64,000 nucleotides of DNA, taken from Luteolibacter sp. (GTDB lineage: Bacteria; Verrucomicrobiota; Verrucomicrobiia; Verrucomicrobiales; Akkermansiaceae). Below the pieces are notes generated by a model, which saw only the letters and a list, made by a program, of their open reading frames with translations, searched no databases and was not told where the DNA came from. The stretch is from the NCBI GenBank assembly GCA_044354135.1, contig JBILAN010000006.1, positions 1,887 to 65,886 of the forward strand, in the 5' to 3' direction. The position numbers and the translations under genes were made by a program. Shown here one piece after another: positions 9,015 to 18,083 of the stretch (the stretch's first letter is position 1; each line of letters begins with the position of its first letter).

Positions 9015-9397
9015 GCGCTTCCGAAATCCCAGCCGACCTTCTTTTCCAAACCTCCCACGAATGGGCACGCATCGATGGTGACATCGCCACGATAGGAATT
9101 TCCGATCACGCCCAAGCCGAGCTGACCGATGTGGTGTTTGTTGAACTCCCACCAGTTGGCAAGAAAGTCGATGCGGGGGATCCAACCGCCGTGGTTGAAT
9201 CCGTGAAAGCTGCCTCAGATATCTACTCACCCCTCTCTGGTGAAGTTGTCGAAGTCAACCCTGCCGTTGAAGGCGATCCATCCTTGGCCAACACCGCGCC
9301 TTATGGCGATGGTTGGATTTTCAAAATCAAAATTTCCAAGCCAGATCAAATCGCCGGATTGCTCACTCCAAGCGCTTACGGTGCGTTGATTTCTTAA
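9011..9397 (+). CDS. gcvH: Glycine cleavage system H protein
   Basis: SHEW, GISDHAQ..L.DVVFVE, lipoyl-Lys motif VESVKAAS, PYGDGWIF. Confidence 0.97.
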   Translation: MSASEIPADLLFQTSHEWARIDGDIATIGISDHAQAELTDVVFVELPPVGKKVDAGDPTAVVESVKAASDIYSPLSGEVVEVNPAVEGDPSLANTAPYGDGWIFKIKISKPDQIAGLLTPSAYGALIS

Positions 9398-9493
9398 GCG
9401 TATTACCTTGGGTTGACTTCCTCGGAGTCTTAGCTGCGCAAATTTCCGTGACCCCTGCCTGCATCTTTGTGCATCATACTCTCATTTTGGAGA

Positions 9494-9574
9494 AGGCGTG
9501 TCTCACGCCTTGAGGCATGAGGGTGTCTCACCCTCCATTCAGGCTAACGGTGAGACACCGTTTGGCCTCATGCC
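9494..9574. repeat. Cluster of three REP-like hairpins with GTG-TCT-CAC core (two direct, one inverted)
   Basis: AGGCGTG-TCT-CACGCCT (9494-9510), AGGGTG-TCT-CACCCT (9520-9534), AACGGTG-AGA-CACCGTT (9546-9562). GGCATGAGG (9514-9522) pairs with CCTCATGCC (9566-9574). Confidence 0.65.
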
Positions 9575-9721
9575 GTGGTGACACGGTAGCTACTTTTCTA
9601 AAAACTAACATCACGGAAAAGCTTACTTTTTATCATCGACTACTAAATATGCCGTAGTTTTTGAATTGACGATACCATATCGTGATTTAGTGTGGCGGCT
9701 GTTGCTTCTAAAAATTCCCTC

Positions 9722-10213
9722 ATGCGTTGCGTCCAATGCGGTTCTCAAAAAGACAAAGTTCTCGATTCCCGTTCGTCGAAAGACGGGACGACGATTCGTC
9801 GTCGTCGCGAATGTTTGAAATGCGGTTATCGCTACACGACCTACGAGCAGATCGAGCGCACGGAGTTGCGGGTGGTGAAACGCGATGGTGCGCGCGAATC
9901 GTTGAATCGCGAGAAAATCATGAGCGGTCTGATCAAGGCATGCGAGAAGCGGCCTGTCTCGATGGAACGTCTCGACCGCGCTGTGGAGGAAATTCTAACA
10001 GATCTTCACAAGGATCACCTCAGCGAAGTCCCGTCAGCATCGATCGGGGCCAAAGTGATGGACAAGCTTCACGAGATCGATCCCGTGGCCTATGTCCGTT
10101 ACGTTTCGGTTTATCGTCAGTTCGAAAACGTGAACGAGTTTATCGCCGAGATTCAATCGCTCTCACGCCGAGCAGCGAGAGATACTTTCCAACGGCGTTT
10201 GTTCAAAGAATGA
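9722..10213 (+). CDS. nrdR: Transcriptional repressor NrdR
   Basis: MRC..C...KDKVLDSR...IRRRREC..C..RYTTYE, ATP-cone, DPVAYVRY.SVYR.F. Start placed at ATG 9722. Confidence 0.96.
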   Translation: MRCVQCGSQKDKVLDSRSSKDGTTIRRRRECLKCGYRYTTYEQIERTELRVVKRDGARESLNREKIMSGLIKACEKRPVSMERLDRAVEEILTDLHKDHLSEVPSASIGAKVMDKLHEIDPVAYVRYVSVYRQFENVNEFIAEIQSLSRRAARDTFQRRLFKE

Positions 10214-10253
10214 GGAACCGCCTCTCAGATATTAACCCATCCAATTAAACCCC

Positions 10254-10820
10254 GTGATTTCCTTTATTAACCAACGCCCCGCGATTCAGATCGGTCCCTA
10301 CCAGGTGCTCGATTATGATACCGATTGGTTGGAAGATGCGATCCTGCGCGCGGCCAAGGAAGCCGATCATGAAGATTTTTCCATGGCTCCGGAGATTCGC
10401 CAAGGAGTTGAGATGTATCTGGAAAGCAAATGTTCGCTGCGTTTGTTACATCTCGAAGATTTGTTCGATCGTGTGCGGAAAATGTTGGTGAAAATAGGCT
10501 GTGCGCCGATAGCCGATAAACTCCAACCTCTCGCTCCTCCTGTTACAGTATCATTAGTTCATACCGCCAATGCTGCGGGCAACGGCTTTGAACTCGCGTT
10601 TTTTGAAACTCTTCGCAACGAACTCAGTGAGCTCCGTGAAGCCGGTGCAGAAAAAGTTCATTTCACTGGCCTGCGTGAAAGTGCTCAAATTCTTCGCGGT
10701 AAATCGAAATGGAACAAACATTGCGACGAGCTGTTAGAAGAAATTCGGATTTTCCTTGCGGCATGCGATCGCGAGCCAGAGGAATTTTCGCGCGCGTTGT
10801 CGCTGAGTGTTGAGGCGTAG
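10254..10820 (+). CDS. Conserved hypothetical protein downstream of nrdR
   Basis: 188-aa ORF with host-like codon use in operon position. No family recognised. Confidence 0.6.
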   Translation: MISFINQRPAIQIGPYQVLDYDTDWLEDAILRAAKEADHEDFSMAPEIRQGVEMYLESKCSLRLLHLEDLFDRVRKMLVKIGCAPIADKLQPLAPPVTVSLVHTANAAGNGFELAFFETLRNELSELREAGAEKVHFTGLRESAQILRGKSKWNKHCDELLEEIRIFLAACDREPEEFSRALSLSVEA

Positions 10821-10859
10821 TTTTCAAACGGTAGGGTCGACTCGCCGAGTCGACCGTGA

Positions 10860-11662
10860 TTTCCTTCGTTGGGAAATCGAAAAAAGAGCTCAAGCAGGTT
10901 GACGAGTGTGGGTAGAACATCGATGTGTGCGGAAAGTTCCGTCACATCGCATCCGCTTGTTAGATTTCCTTTTGGCCAGTGCCAAAAGCAAGGCATGCGA
11001 TGTCCACCATCCCAAGCAGAGCCTTTCCAACCACGCATTTCGGCATTGAATTAGGGATACTTTGCCTTTTCATCAAAGGCAGCCAGCACTTGTAACGTTG
11101 TCGGTCATAAAGATCAACAAGGTGTTTTCCACTCGCCGTTCGTTAAATAAGTATCATCGAAGTAATCGTTTTCCCAGTAATCCGCACCGTTTCCAATGCC
11201 GCCGCCTAGGTGTTGAATGGTATGCTCGAAACCCTGATCCTGAGGGCGAAACGGGTAGTTATCGCCGAGATGCCATTTGCCTATCATCGCTGTGGCGTAG
11301 CCGTTCGACTTGAAAACTTCCGCCATGGTCAGCTCTTTGGGGCTCATCAATGACCGACCATTGATCGTGTGCCACACGCCTGTGCGGGTGGAGTAGCGAC
11401 CAGTCATCAAGGCAGAACGCGTCGGTGAGCAGGTGGGATCGACATGAAAGTTGATGAGCCGTATGCTCTCACTGTGAAGCTTGTCGAGGCTCGGAGTTTT
11501 GATCACGAGATTTCCGTTCGCTGCGATTTCGCCGTAACCTTGATCATACGTGATGATGATGATGACGTTGGGTTTGGTTGCGGCTTGGGTAAATGCAGGA
11601 GCGATCGCGTAGAACGCGAGGGACAGGCAGCACAGTACAAATGAATGGCTTTTAGGCTTCAT
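10860..11662 (-). pseudogene. Arylsulfatase pseudogene (internal deletion plus frameshifts)
   Basis: Signal peptide, KPNVIIIITYDQGYG, CSPTRSALMTGRY, GKWHLG, then a jump to NTLLIFMTDN in another frame, then MRGWKGSAWDGGHRMPCF...HIDVLPTL. C-terminus missing. Confidence 0.85.
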
Positions 11663-11694
11663 AATGTAAAAATTAAACCGAGGTGGGTGAGGGC

Positions 11695-12243
11695 TCAATG
11701 ATGAAACCGCCTATCCAGAAATTCCAGGAGTTCGCGTCTTGTTGGAAAGCCGTGTCTTGGCGAGTGTGCAGGCTGGGGTATGAGAGTCCAGTTAGCGGAT
11801 AAATTGATGGAATGTAGTTTCCGCGTGGGGATACCAAGTGCGAGTGCGTCCATGAGCATTTCATCTTCGTGATCGCCGCAAGTGCATAATAATGCGTCCG
11901 CCCATTCGAGGATGGAGTTGGCTGGGGTAGATGAGGGGAGGAGATATGTCGCAAGTGAAACGCTGAGTAAGCTATGACGTAGCTTTGAGTTTTCTTCATC
12001 TAGCAATGGATCAATATTTTTCAAAAGCACAATGGTTGGAACACGGAACTCGATGCAGGTACGTAAAAAAATGAGTTCAAGTTTTGTATTGGCGCCAGAA
12101 ATGACGATCATATTTGAACCGAGTAAATTTCTCACGGTCTCCAGTTCGGCACGGATCACCATCGCAAACCTTTCATGGTCCATTATCTCCGCAACTGCGG
12201 CGAAGCCGAGTAGTTTCGCCGACATCTTAATCTTCCACGACAA
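11695..12243 (-). CDS. Hypothetical protein, possibly a degenerate SLOG/YspA-like fold
   Basis: Pattern IVISGA...IFLRTCIEFRVPTIVLL ... EWADALLC ... ALALGIP weakly recalls SLOG proteins. Confidence 0.4.
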   Translation of the reverse strand: MSWKIKMSAKLLGFAAVAEIMDHERFAMVIRAELETVRNLLGSNMIVISGANTKLELIFLRTCIEFRVPTIVLLKNIDPLLDEENSKLRHSLLSVSLATYLLPSSTPANSILEWADALLCTCGDHEDEMLMDALALGIPTRKLHSINLSANWTLIPQPAHSPRHGFPTRRELLEFLDRRFHH

Positions 12244-13054
12244 TTTTCTTGGGATCCCAATCGACGGTTGGAAGCTTCATGTTCAGGCGCTTCATCGTAT
12301 CGACCATGATGCGCGCGACGCATAAGTTGCGATACCACTTGCGGTTCGCAGGCACGACATACCAAGGTGCGTGTTCGGTGGATGTCTTGGAAAGGAGATC
12401 CTCGTAGGTTTTCATGAAATCATTCCAGAGCGCGCGGTCTTTGAGATCGTCGGGGTGAAATTTCCAATGCTTATCCGGGTTTTCCAGTCGGGAAACGATA
12501 CGGCGTTTCTGCTCATCTTTGGAAATGTGCAGGTAGATTTTCACCACCGTAGTGCCTTCTTCGGCGAGCATGCGCTCGAAATCGACGATGTGCTGGTAGC
12601 GCTGTTTCCAAACTTTATCCGGAAACAACTTTTTTACCTTCACCGCGATAACGTCCTCGTAGTGGCTGCGGTTGAAAATAACCATCTCGCCATTGCGCGG
12701 AACTTTTTCATGTACCCTCCATAGAAAATCCCGGGCCAGCTCTTCTTCGGTCGGCTTTTTAAATGAACGAACGTGGATTCCTTGTGGGTCAATTCTTGAA
12801 AACACGTGCTTCACGCAGCCGTCCTTGCCGCCCGTATCCATCGCTTGCAAAACGAGTAAAATCCGATGCTTGTTCTGTGCGTAGAGGACCTTTTGCAGGT
12901 ATTGGAGTTCGTCCTGAAGGTTGTCAAAAGCCTTTGCGCTGTCGTCTTTTCCTCCTTCTTGGAACAAGGCACGTTCATCCGAATCGATTTTTGCGAGATC
13001 GACTTTTGAACCTGGTTTCACCAAGTATCTTTCTAAAGCTCCGCTGACTGGCAT
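12227..13054 (-). CDS. ppk2: Polyphosphate kinase 2 family protein (class III-like)
   Basis: LQAMDTGGKDG Walker A, FKKPT.EE..RDFLWR, FNRSHYEDV, APWYVVPANRKWYRN. Confidence 0.93.
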   Translation of the reverse strand: MPVSGALERYLVKPGSKVDLAKIDSDERALFQEGGKDDSAKAFDNLQDELQYLQKVLYAQNKHRILLVLQAMDTGGKDGCVKHVFSRIDPQGIHVRSFKKPTEEELARDFLWRVHEKVPRNGEMVIFNRSHYEDVIAVKVKKLFPDKVWKQRYQHIVDFERMLAEEGTTVVKIYLHISKDEQKRRIVSRLENPDKHWKFHPDDLKDRALWNDFMKTYEDLLSKTSTEHAPWYVVPANRKWYRNLCVARIMVDTMKRLNMKLPTVDWDPKKIVVED

Positions 13055-13160
13055 AATTGTTTATCTCCCCCTGATATCGATGTGACAAGCCTTGTCTTGA
13101 TATTAGTCTTTCTTGTCACACATTCAGGATTGTAAAATGTCTTAATCATATCTAATATAA

Positions 13161-14726
13161 GTGATGGCGCTAGCAGGGAAAAAATGTTCACTACCTACCG
13201 AGGACAAGACAACTTTGTTCACAGCGCTGCATATTGGTGCAAGTTCGGTTTCAATGATGATCGCAGAACGAACCAAGGATGGAAATTTTTTGCCTATCGA
13301 TTTTCTCGAGCAGCCAGCGCCACTCGCTCACGATGTATTTGGTGGAAATGTAATCTCAAATGCCACCACCGAGCGCATCGTTTCCATCATCCGTGGTTAT
13401 CAGCAAAATTTGGCTGAACTCGGGTTGGATCCCTACAGTTTCACCCGCGCTGTTGCGACCAATGTGCTCCACGAAGCGACCAATCATGAGGCTGTGCTCA
13501 ACCGCATCCGCGTCGCCTGTCGCGTGCCCGTTTCCATGATTGATGATGGTGAAATGACCCGTCTGATTTATCTCAAGACTCGGCGACGCATCCAGCACTT
13601 GCCAGCCATGACGCAGCGCACGGCGTTGGTTGTGCACGTCGGTCCAGGCAACACCCGCGCCCTGCTTTTCCAAGAAGGCCTGATCACCCGCTACACGAGT
13701 TATCGCATGGGCACTCACCGCACCCGCGAGGCAGTAGAAGCTTCCCATGCCGAAGGCCCGTCTCTATTGCGAGTTATACGCGAACATGCTGCGGGAAATT
13801 TAGCGCAACTTAGTCATGACTATTCGGATGTTTCCATCGATGGAATCGTTCTTATCGGTTATGAAATTCAATCAGTTGCGAGCTTTGTGACGAAAACTAA
13901 TGAGGCATGTTCGCTGAAAAAACTGCGCAACTTTACCACAGATGCAGCTGCCCTAACAGATCTCGAGGCCGTCAAACGTTTCCAACTCGATTATCAAACC
14001 GCCGAGGCTTTGATTCCCGCTCTCGAAATCAACCTTGCCATCGCTGAAACGCTTTCACTGAAAGAAGTTCATATTCCTGTTAGCGAATACGAACAAGGCC
14101 TACTCCATGATCTTTTAGCATCCAGAGAATTAGGTGATACGTTCGCGGCCGAAGTGCTGCGCTCTGCCCGCATCCTTGCAGACCGCTACCAGTCAGATCC
14201 AGGTCATGGCGAATATGTTGGAAAACTTTGCGAACATTTTGTCGCAAACCTCCATGATATTCATCAACTCGATGAACATGATATCCTGTTATTGAAAGTC
14301 GCGGCGATCCTGCATGAGGTCGGCACCTACGTCAGCCCCCGCGCTCATCACAAACATTCCGAATACATCATCCTGAACTCGGAAATTTTCGGATTGGATC
14401 GTATGGATGTCACCATCGTGGCATTGGTTTCACGTTATCATCGCCATTCAGTGCCGCGCATGGATCACCCTGCCTACGCAGCCCTCACCGCAGAAGAGCG
14501 TATCCGTGTTTGCAAACTCGCCGCCATCCTGCGTGTGGCCGATGCGCTTGAACGCACTCACGCCCAACGCGTTTCAAAAATCGAAATCACACGTTCCTCT
14601 GGCAAGCTCCACATTCGCTTGGTCGGGCTGGAAGATGCCGCCATCGAACGCCTCGCCATGGACGCAAAAGCCGATCTCTTCGAACAGGTCTTCGGTCTCA
14701 AAGTCATTGTCGACGAAGATAACTAA
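13161..14726 (+). CDS. ppx: Exopolyphosphatase Ppx/GppA family with C-terminal HD domain
   Basis: HIGASSV, AVATN..EATN, DGEMTRL, VHVGPGNT, ILHEVG...HHKHS, LRVADALER. Confidence 0.88.
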   Translation: MMALAGKKCSLPTEDKTTLFTALHIGASSVSMMIAERTKDGNFLPIDFLEQPAPLAHDVFGGNVISNATTERIVSIIRGYQQNLAELGLDPYSFTRAVATNVLHEATNHEAVLNRIRVACRVPVSMIDDGEMTRLIYLKTRRRIQHLPAMTQRTALVVHVGPGNTRALLFQEGLITRYTSYRMGTHRTREAVEASHAEGPSLLRVIREHAAGNLAQLSHDYSDVSIDGIVLIGYEIQSVASFVTKTNEACSLKKLRNFTTDAAALTDLEAVKRFQLDYQTAEALIPALEINLAIAETLSLKEVHIPVSEYEQGLLHDLLASRELGDTFAAEVLRSARILADRYQSDPGHGEYVGKLCEHFVANLHDIHQLDEHDILLLKVAAILHEVGTYVSPRAHHKHSEYIILNSEIFGLDRMDVTIVALVSRYHRHSVPRMDHPAYAALTAEERIRVCKLAAILRVADALERTHAQRVSKIEITRSSGKLHIRLVGLEDAAIERLAMDAKADLFEQVFGLKVIVDEDN

Positions 14727-14732
14727 TCTCAG

Positions 14733-14760
14733 AGTTTTAAGTTTAATATTTAAAGTTTCC
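14733..14760. repeat. Degenerate heptamer array (AGTTTTA AGTTTAA TATTTAA AGTTTCC)
   Basis: Period-7 repeat in the ppx-ppk1 gap, same unit type as 2869-2899. Confidence 0.5.
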
Positions 14761-14768
14761 AAAAAATC

Positions 14769-16859
14769 ATGCCCGAATATCACAACCGCGAACTCTCCTG
14801 GCTCGAATTCAATCAGCGTGTACTCGATCAAGCGTTGAAAGCTAATATGCCGCTTTTGGAGCGAGTGAAATTTCTCGCTATCACCGCATCTAACCTCGAC
14901 GAGTTTTTCCAGGTCCGGGTTGGTTCGCTGATGCTACAAAAACGCAGCGGTAGAAAAACTCGCGATAACTCCGGCTACACCCCAATCCGTAATCTCGCGG
15001 CAATTCGTGAGCGGGTTTTGAAAATGAATGAGGATCAATACCGACTTCTCAATCAGGTGCTTATTCCCGCTCTTGCGGAAAAAGGAATTCATTTGCTCTC
15101 CGCAGAACAACTCACTGATACGCAACGCGCTCAAACCGCTGCTATTTTTGAGGACAACATATCGCCTCTCCTCACGCCCTTGGCGGTCGATCAAAATTCT
15201 CCCCCTCCAATTGTTCCTGCATTGCATAACATCATCGCTTGTAGATTGTTAGATCCGATCAATCAAACCAACCGCCATGTCTTAATTCCGATTCATGATA
15301 ATTTGCCTCGTCGAATTTCCGTTCATACTGATGATGAAAAGCATGCGTTTATCCTCATTGAGGATCTTATCGCCGCAAACGCGGATCGCTTGTTTCCTGG
15401 GGAAAAAATCACCGCTAGCACGGTATTTCGTCTGACCCGCAACGGAGATATAGCTGTCGAGGAAGAAGATGCCACGGATCTCGCGGATGAAATGGAAGAT
15501 GTACTGACAGCACGTCGTTTCGCTGATACGGTTCGCTTGGAAATTCACGCCGATGCGTCGCGCGATCTGTTTCAGATGATCCGCACCGCAACAGGAACCA
15601 CTTCACAGGAAATCTTCCATCACAATGGTCCGCTCGGTTTGGCCTCGTTTATGGAGCTCGCGTTTCTTCCGGGCTTTGATCATTTGCGCGACGAAGAATG
15701 GCCCGCACAAAACAGTCCGGCAATTGCGCCCGGCGCATCGATGTTTGAAACCATCGCCGCTAGCGACGTGCTGCTATTCCATCCTTACGAATCGTTCGAT
15801 CCCGTCATCCGCTTGATCGAGGAGGCCGCTACTGATCCGGATGTTATCGCGATCAAACAAATCCTTTATCGTACGGCTCGTCAGTCACGCATCATCGATG
15901 CGTTGATCAAAGCCGCTGAGAACGGCAAACACGTTACCGCATTGGTTGAGCTGAAAGCTCGCTTCGATGAGGCTCGCAACCTAACTCGTGCCGATGAACT
16001 ACAACGCGCCGGCGCGCAAATTGTTTACGGAGTGAAAAACCTCAAAACTCACGCGAAAATCTGTCTTATCGTTCGCCGTGAGTCCGGCAGCCTGCGTCGT
16101 TACGTCCATCTCGGAACAGGAAATTACAACGAGACCACTTCGCGACTTTACACTGATCTATCCTACCTCACCTGTAAATCGGAATACGGCAACGACGCAT
16201 CGCTTTTGTTTAATGCCGTGACAGGTCGATCCAAACTTCTTCGCTTCCAACGCCTCATTCCTGCTCCTTCGGCAATGAAGCCTCGTTTGTTAGATTTAAT
16301 TGCGGGAGAATCCGAACGCGCCAAACAAGGTTTACCCGCAAAAATCATTGCCAAAACCAACTCGCTCCAAGACCCTGATATCATCGCCGCACTCTACTCC
16401 GCATCCCAAGCTGGGGTTGAAGTTCAACTCAATGTCCGGGGCATCTGCTGCCTCATTCCTGGTGAAAAATTCTCCAAAAATATTGAAGTCGTTTCCGTGA
16501 TCGATCGCTTTCTCGAACATGCTCGCCTCTTCTATTTCCACCAAGGCGGTGAACCTGAAGTCTTCATTGCTTCGGCTGATTGGATGACCCGCAACCTTGA
16601 AAAACGTGTCGAGCTAATGATCCCAATCGAGGAAAAGGCCATCAATCGTCGCTTGGTGAAAATTTTGGAAACCTATTTCAAAGACAACCAAAATGCTTAC
16701 CGCATCCAAGCCGATGGTAGTTCAAAACCTATCACCGCAAAGAAAGGCGATAAGCCGTTCCGCGCCCAAGAGCATTTCCATACCCAAGCCAAACGCGCCG
16801 CTAAAGCTCGTGAGCACGAACGTTCTATGACATTCGAGCCTCACGTTCCTCAGGATTAA
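14769..16859 (+). CDS. ppk1: Polyphosphate kinase 1
   Basis: NRELSWLEFNQRVL, SNLDEFF.VRV, LFHPYESF, ELKARFDE..N, KTHAK, HLGTGNYN, RFLEHAR, SADWMTRNL. Confidence 0.97.
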   Translation: MPEYHNRELSWLEFNQRVLDQALKANMPLLERVKFLAITASNLDEFFQVRVGSLMLQKRSGRKTRDNSGYTPIRNLAAIRERVLKMNEDQYRLLNQVLIPALAEKGIHLLSAEQLTDTQRAQTAAIFEDNISPLLTPLAVDQNSPPPIVPALHNIIACRLLDPINQTNRHVLIPIHDNLPRRISVHTDDEKHAFILIEDLIAANADRLFPGEKITASTVFRLTRNGDIAVEEEDATDLADEMEDVLTARRFADTVRLEIHADASRDLFQMIRTATGTTSQEIFHHNGPLGLASFMELAFLPGFDHLRDEEWPAQNSPAIAPGASMFETIAASDVLLFHPYESFDPVIRLIEEAATDPDVIAIKQILYRTARQSRIIDALIKAAENGKHVTALVELKARFDEARNLTRADELQRAGAQIVYGVKNLKTHAKICLIVRRESGSLRRYVHLGTGNYNETTSRLYTDLSYLTCKSEYGNDASLLFNAVTGRSKLLRFQRLIPAPSAMKPRLLDLIAGESERAKQGLPAKIIAKTNSLQDPDIIAALYSASQAGVEVQLNVRGICCLIPGEKFSKNIEVVSVIDRFLEHARLFYFHQGGEPEVFIASADWMTRNLEKRVELMIPIEEKAINRRLVKILETYFKDNQNAYRIQADGSSKPITAKKGDKPFRAQEHFHTQAKRAAKAREHERSMTFEPHVPQD

Positions 16860-17003
16860 CGTGGCGGAGGATTAATAAAACAACCAGTTATAAATAGCGG
16901 TCGTTTCTAAATCCATCAAAATATCCATCATGTATGCGCTCGTCACACGACTTGTCATTGCTGCCATTTTGATGCCTTAATGCCTAAAAATCATCTCTTA
17001 ACT

Positions 17004-17912
17004 ATGAACCGAATTTTCTCTATCCTAAGCATTTTCCTTCTCTCATTTTCATCGATGGCAAGCGCCTCCGAGAAGTTGTTAGAGGGTAAAAAAACCATTC
17101 TCATCCTTGGTGATAGCATCACTCAAATGGGAGATTATGTGACATATTTCGATGCATGGCTGGTGAAAAAATATCCCGATCGGCGCTTTACCGTCATCAA
17201 CGCAGGAGTTGCTAGTGAAACGATCTCTGGACTCAGCGAGGATAACCATGCCGGCGGCCGTTTTCCAAGACCTGACCTGCATGAGAGATTGGAACGCGTC
17301 TTAGAGAAAACGAAACCCGATCTGATTATCGCCTGCTACGGAATGAACTGCGGCATCTATAAAGAACTAGATGATCAGAGAGCTGCGCGCTTTCAGGAAG
17401 GCAATGTGAAATTGCGAGCCGCTGCGAAAAAATACAACGCCGAAATCGTTCACATGACACCACCGATTTTTGATAATCATGGCAAGCTCGGCTTCGATTA
17501 TGACACGGTGCTTAGTGCCTATTCAGCTTGGATGGTGAAACAACGAGACAATGGTTGGCACGTTGTGGATCTTCACTCGGACATGCGGAAAAAGGTCGAT
17601 CTGGCGAAAGCAAGCGATCCGAAATTCACCGTGCAAAAAGATACGATTCATCCCGACGCCGCGGGTCATTGGATGATGGCACAACCGTTGATCGCGTTTT
17701 TTGGTGACACGACATCGACTCAATTGGCTTCTACGAATGACTTGCTTGATGCAGCTAGACTCGCTGCGGTTAAACAAAGAATGCAACTTTTTCAGAAGGC
17801 GATTCATGCAGAAACCAAACCGCTACGCCCAGGCGTTCCACAGGGAGGAACTCTTGAGTCTGCCGCTGCGGATGCGAAGAAACTCGAGGATATCATCTAT
17901 ACCATTAAGTAG
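17004..17912 (+). CDS. Secreted SGNH/GDSL hydrolase
   Basis: Signal peptide; GDSIT, NAGVASE, YGMNCG, DTIHP blocks. Confidence 0.85.
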   Translation: MNRIFSILSIFLLSFSSMASASEKLLEGKKTILILGDSITQMGDYVTYFDAWLVKKYPDRRFTVINAGVASETISGLSEDNHAGGRFPRPDLHERLERVLEKTKPDLIIACYGMNCGIYKELDDQRAARFQEGNVKLRAAAKKYNAEIVHMTPPIFDNHGKLGFDYDTVLSAYSAWMVKQRDNGWHVVDLHSDMRKKVDLAKASDPKFTVQKDTIHPDAAGHWMMAQPLIAFFGDTTSTQLASTNDLLDAARLAAVKQRMQLFQKAIHAETKPLRPGVPQGGTLESAAADAKKLEDIIYTIK

Positions 17913-18083
17913 TAAAACTGATAGTCAGGCTAAGGGACAGCTTCGGAATGATAAGTAATGTCCCCTTGCGGGACATTTGACGTTGCCGTTTTGTTGTTCC
18001 TTAGAAAGATTTTGTGCTTCATACCTTACACTGGGTTTCATACATTGCAAAATCGCAACGTAGAACCAGATTTACTAATATAT

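Noticed and set aside
9727-10248. 173-aa ORF overlapping nrdR in another frame
   Set aside because: Alternative frame of a well-supported gene, Arg/Ser-rich, with no motifs.
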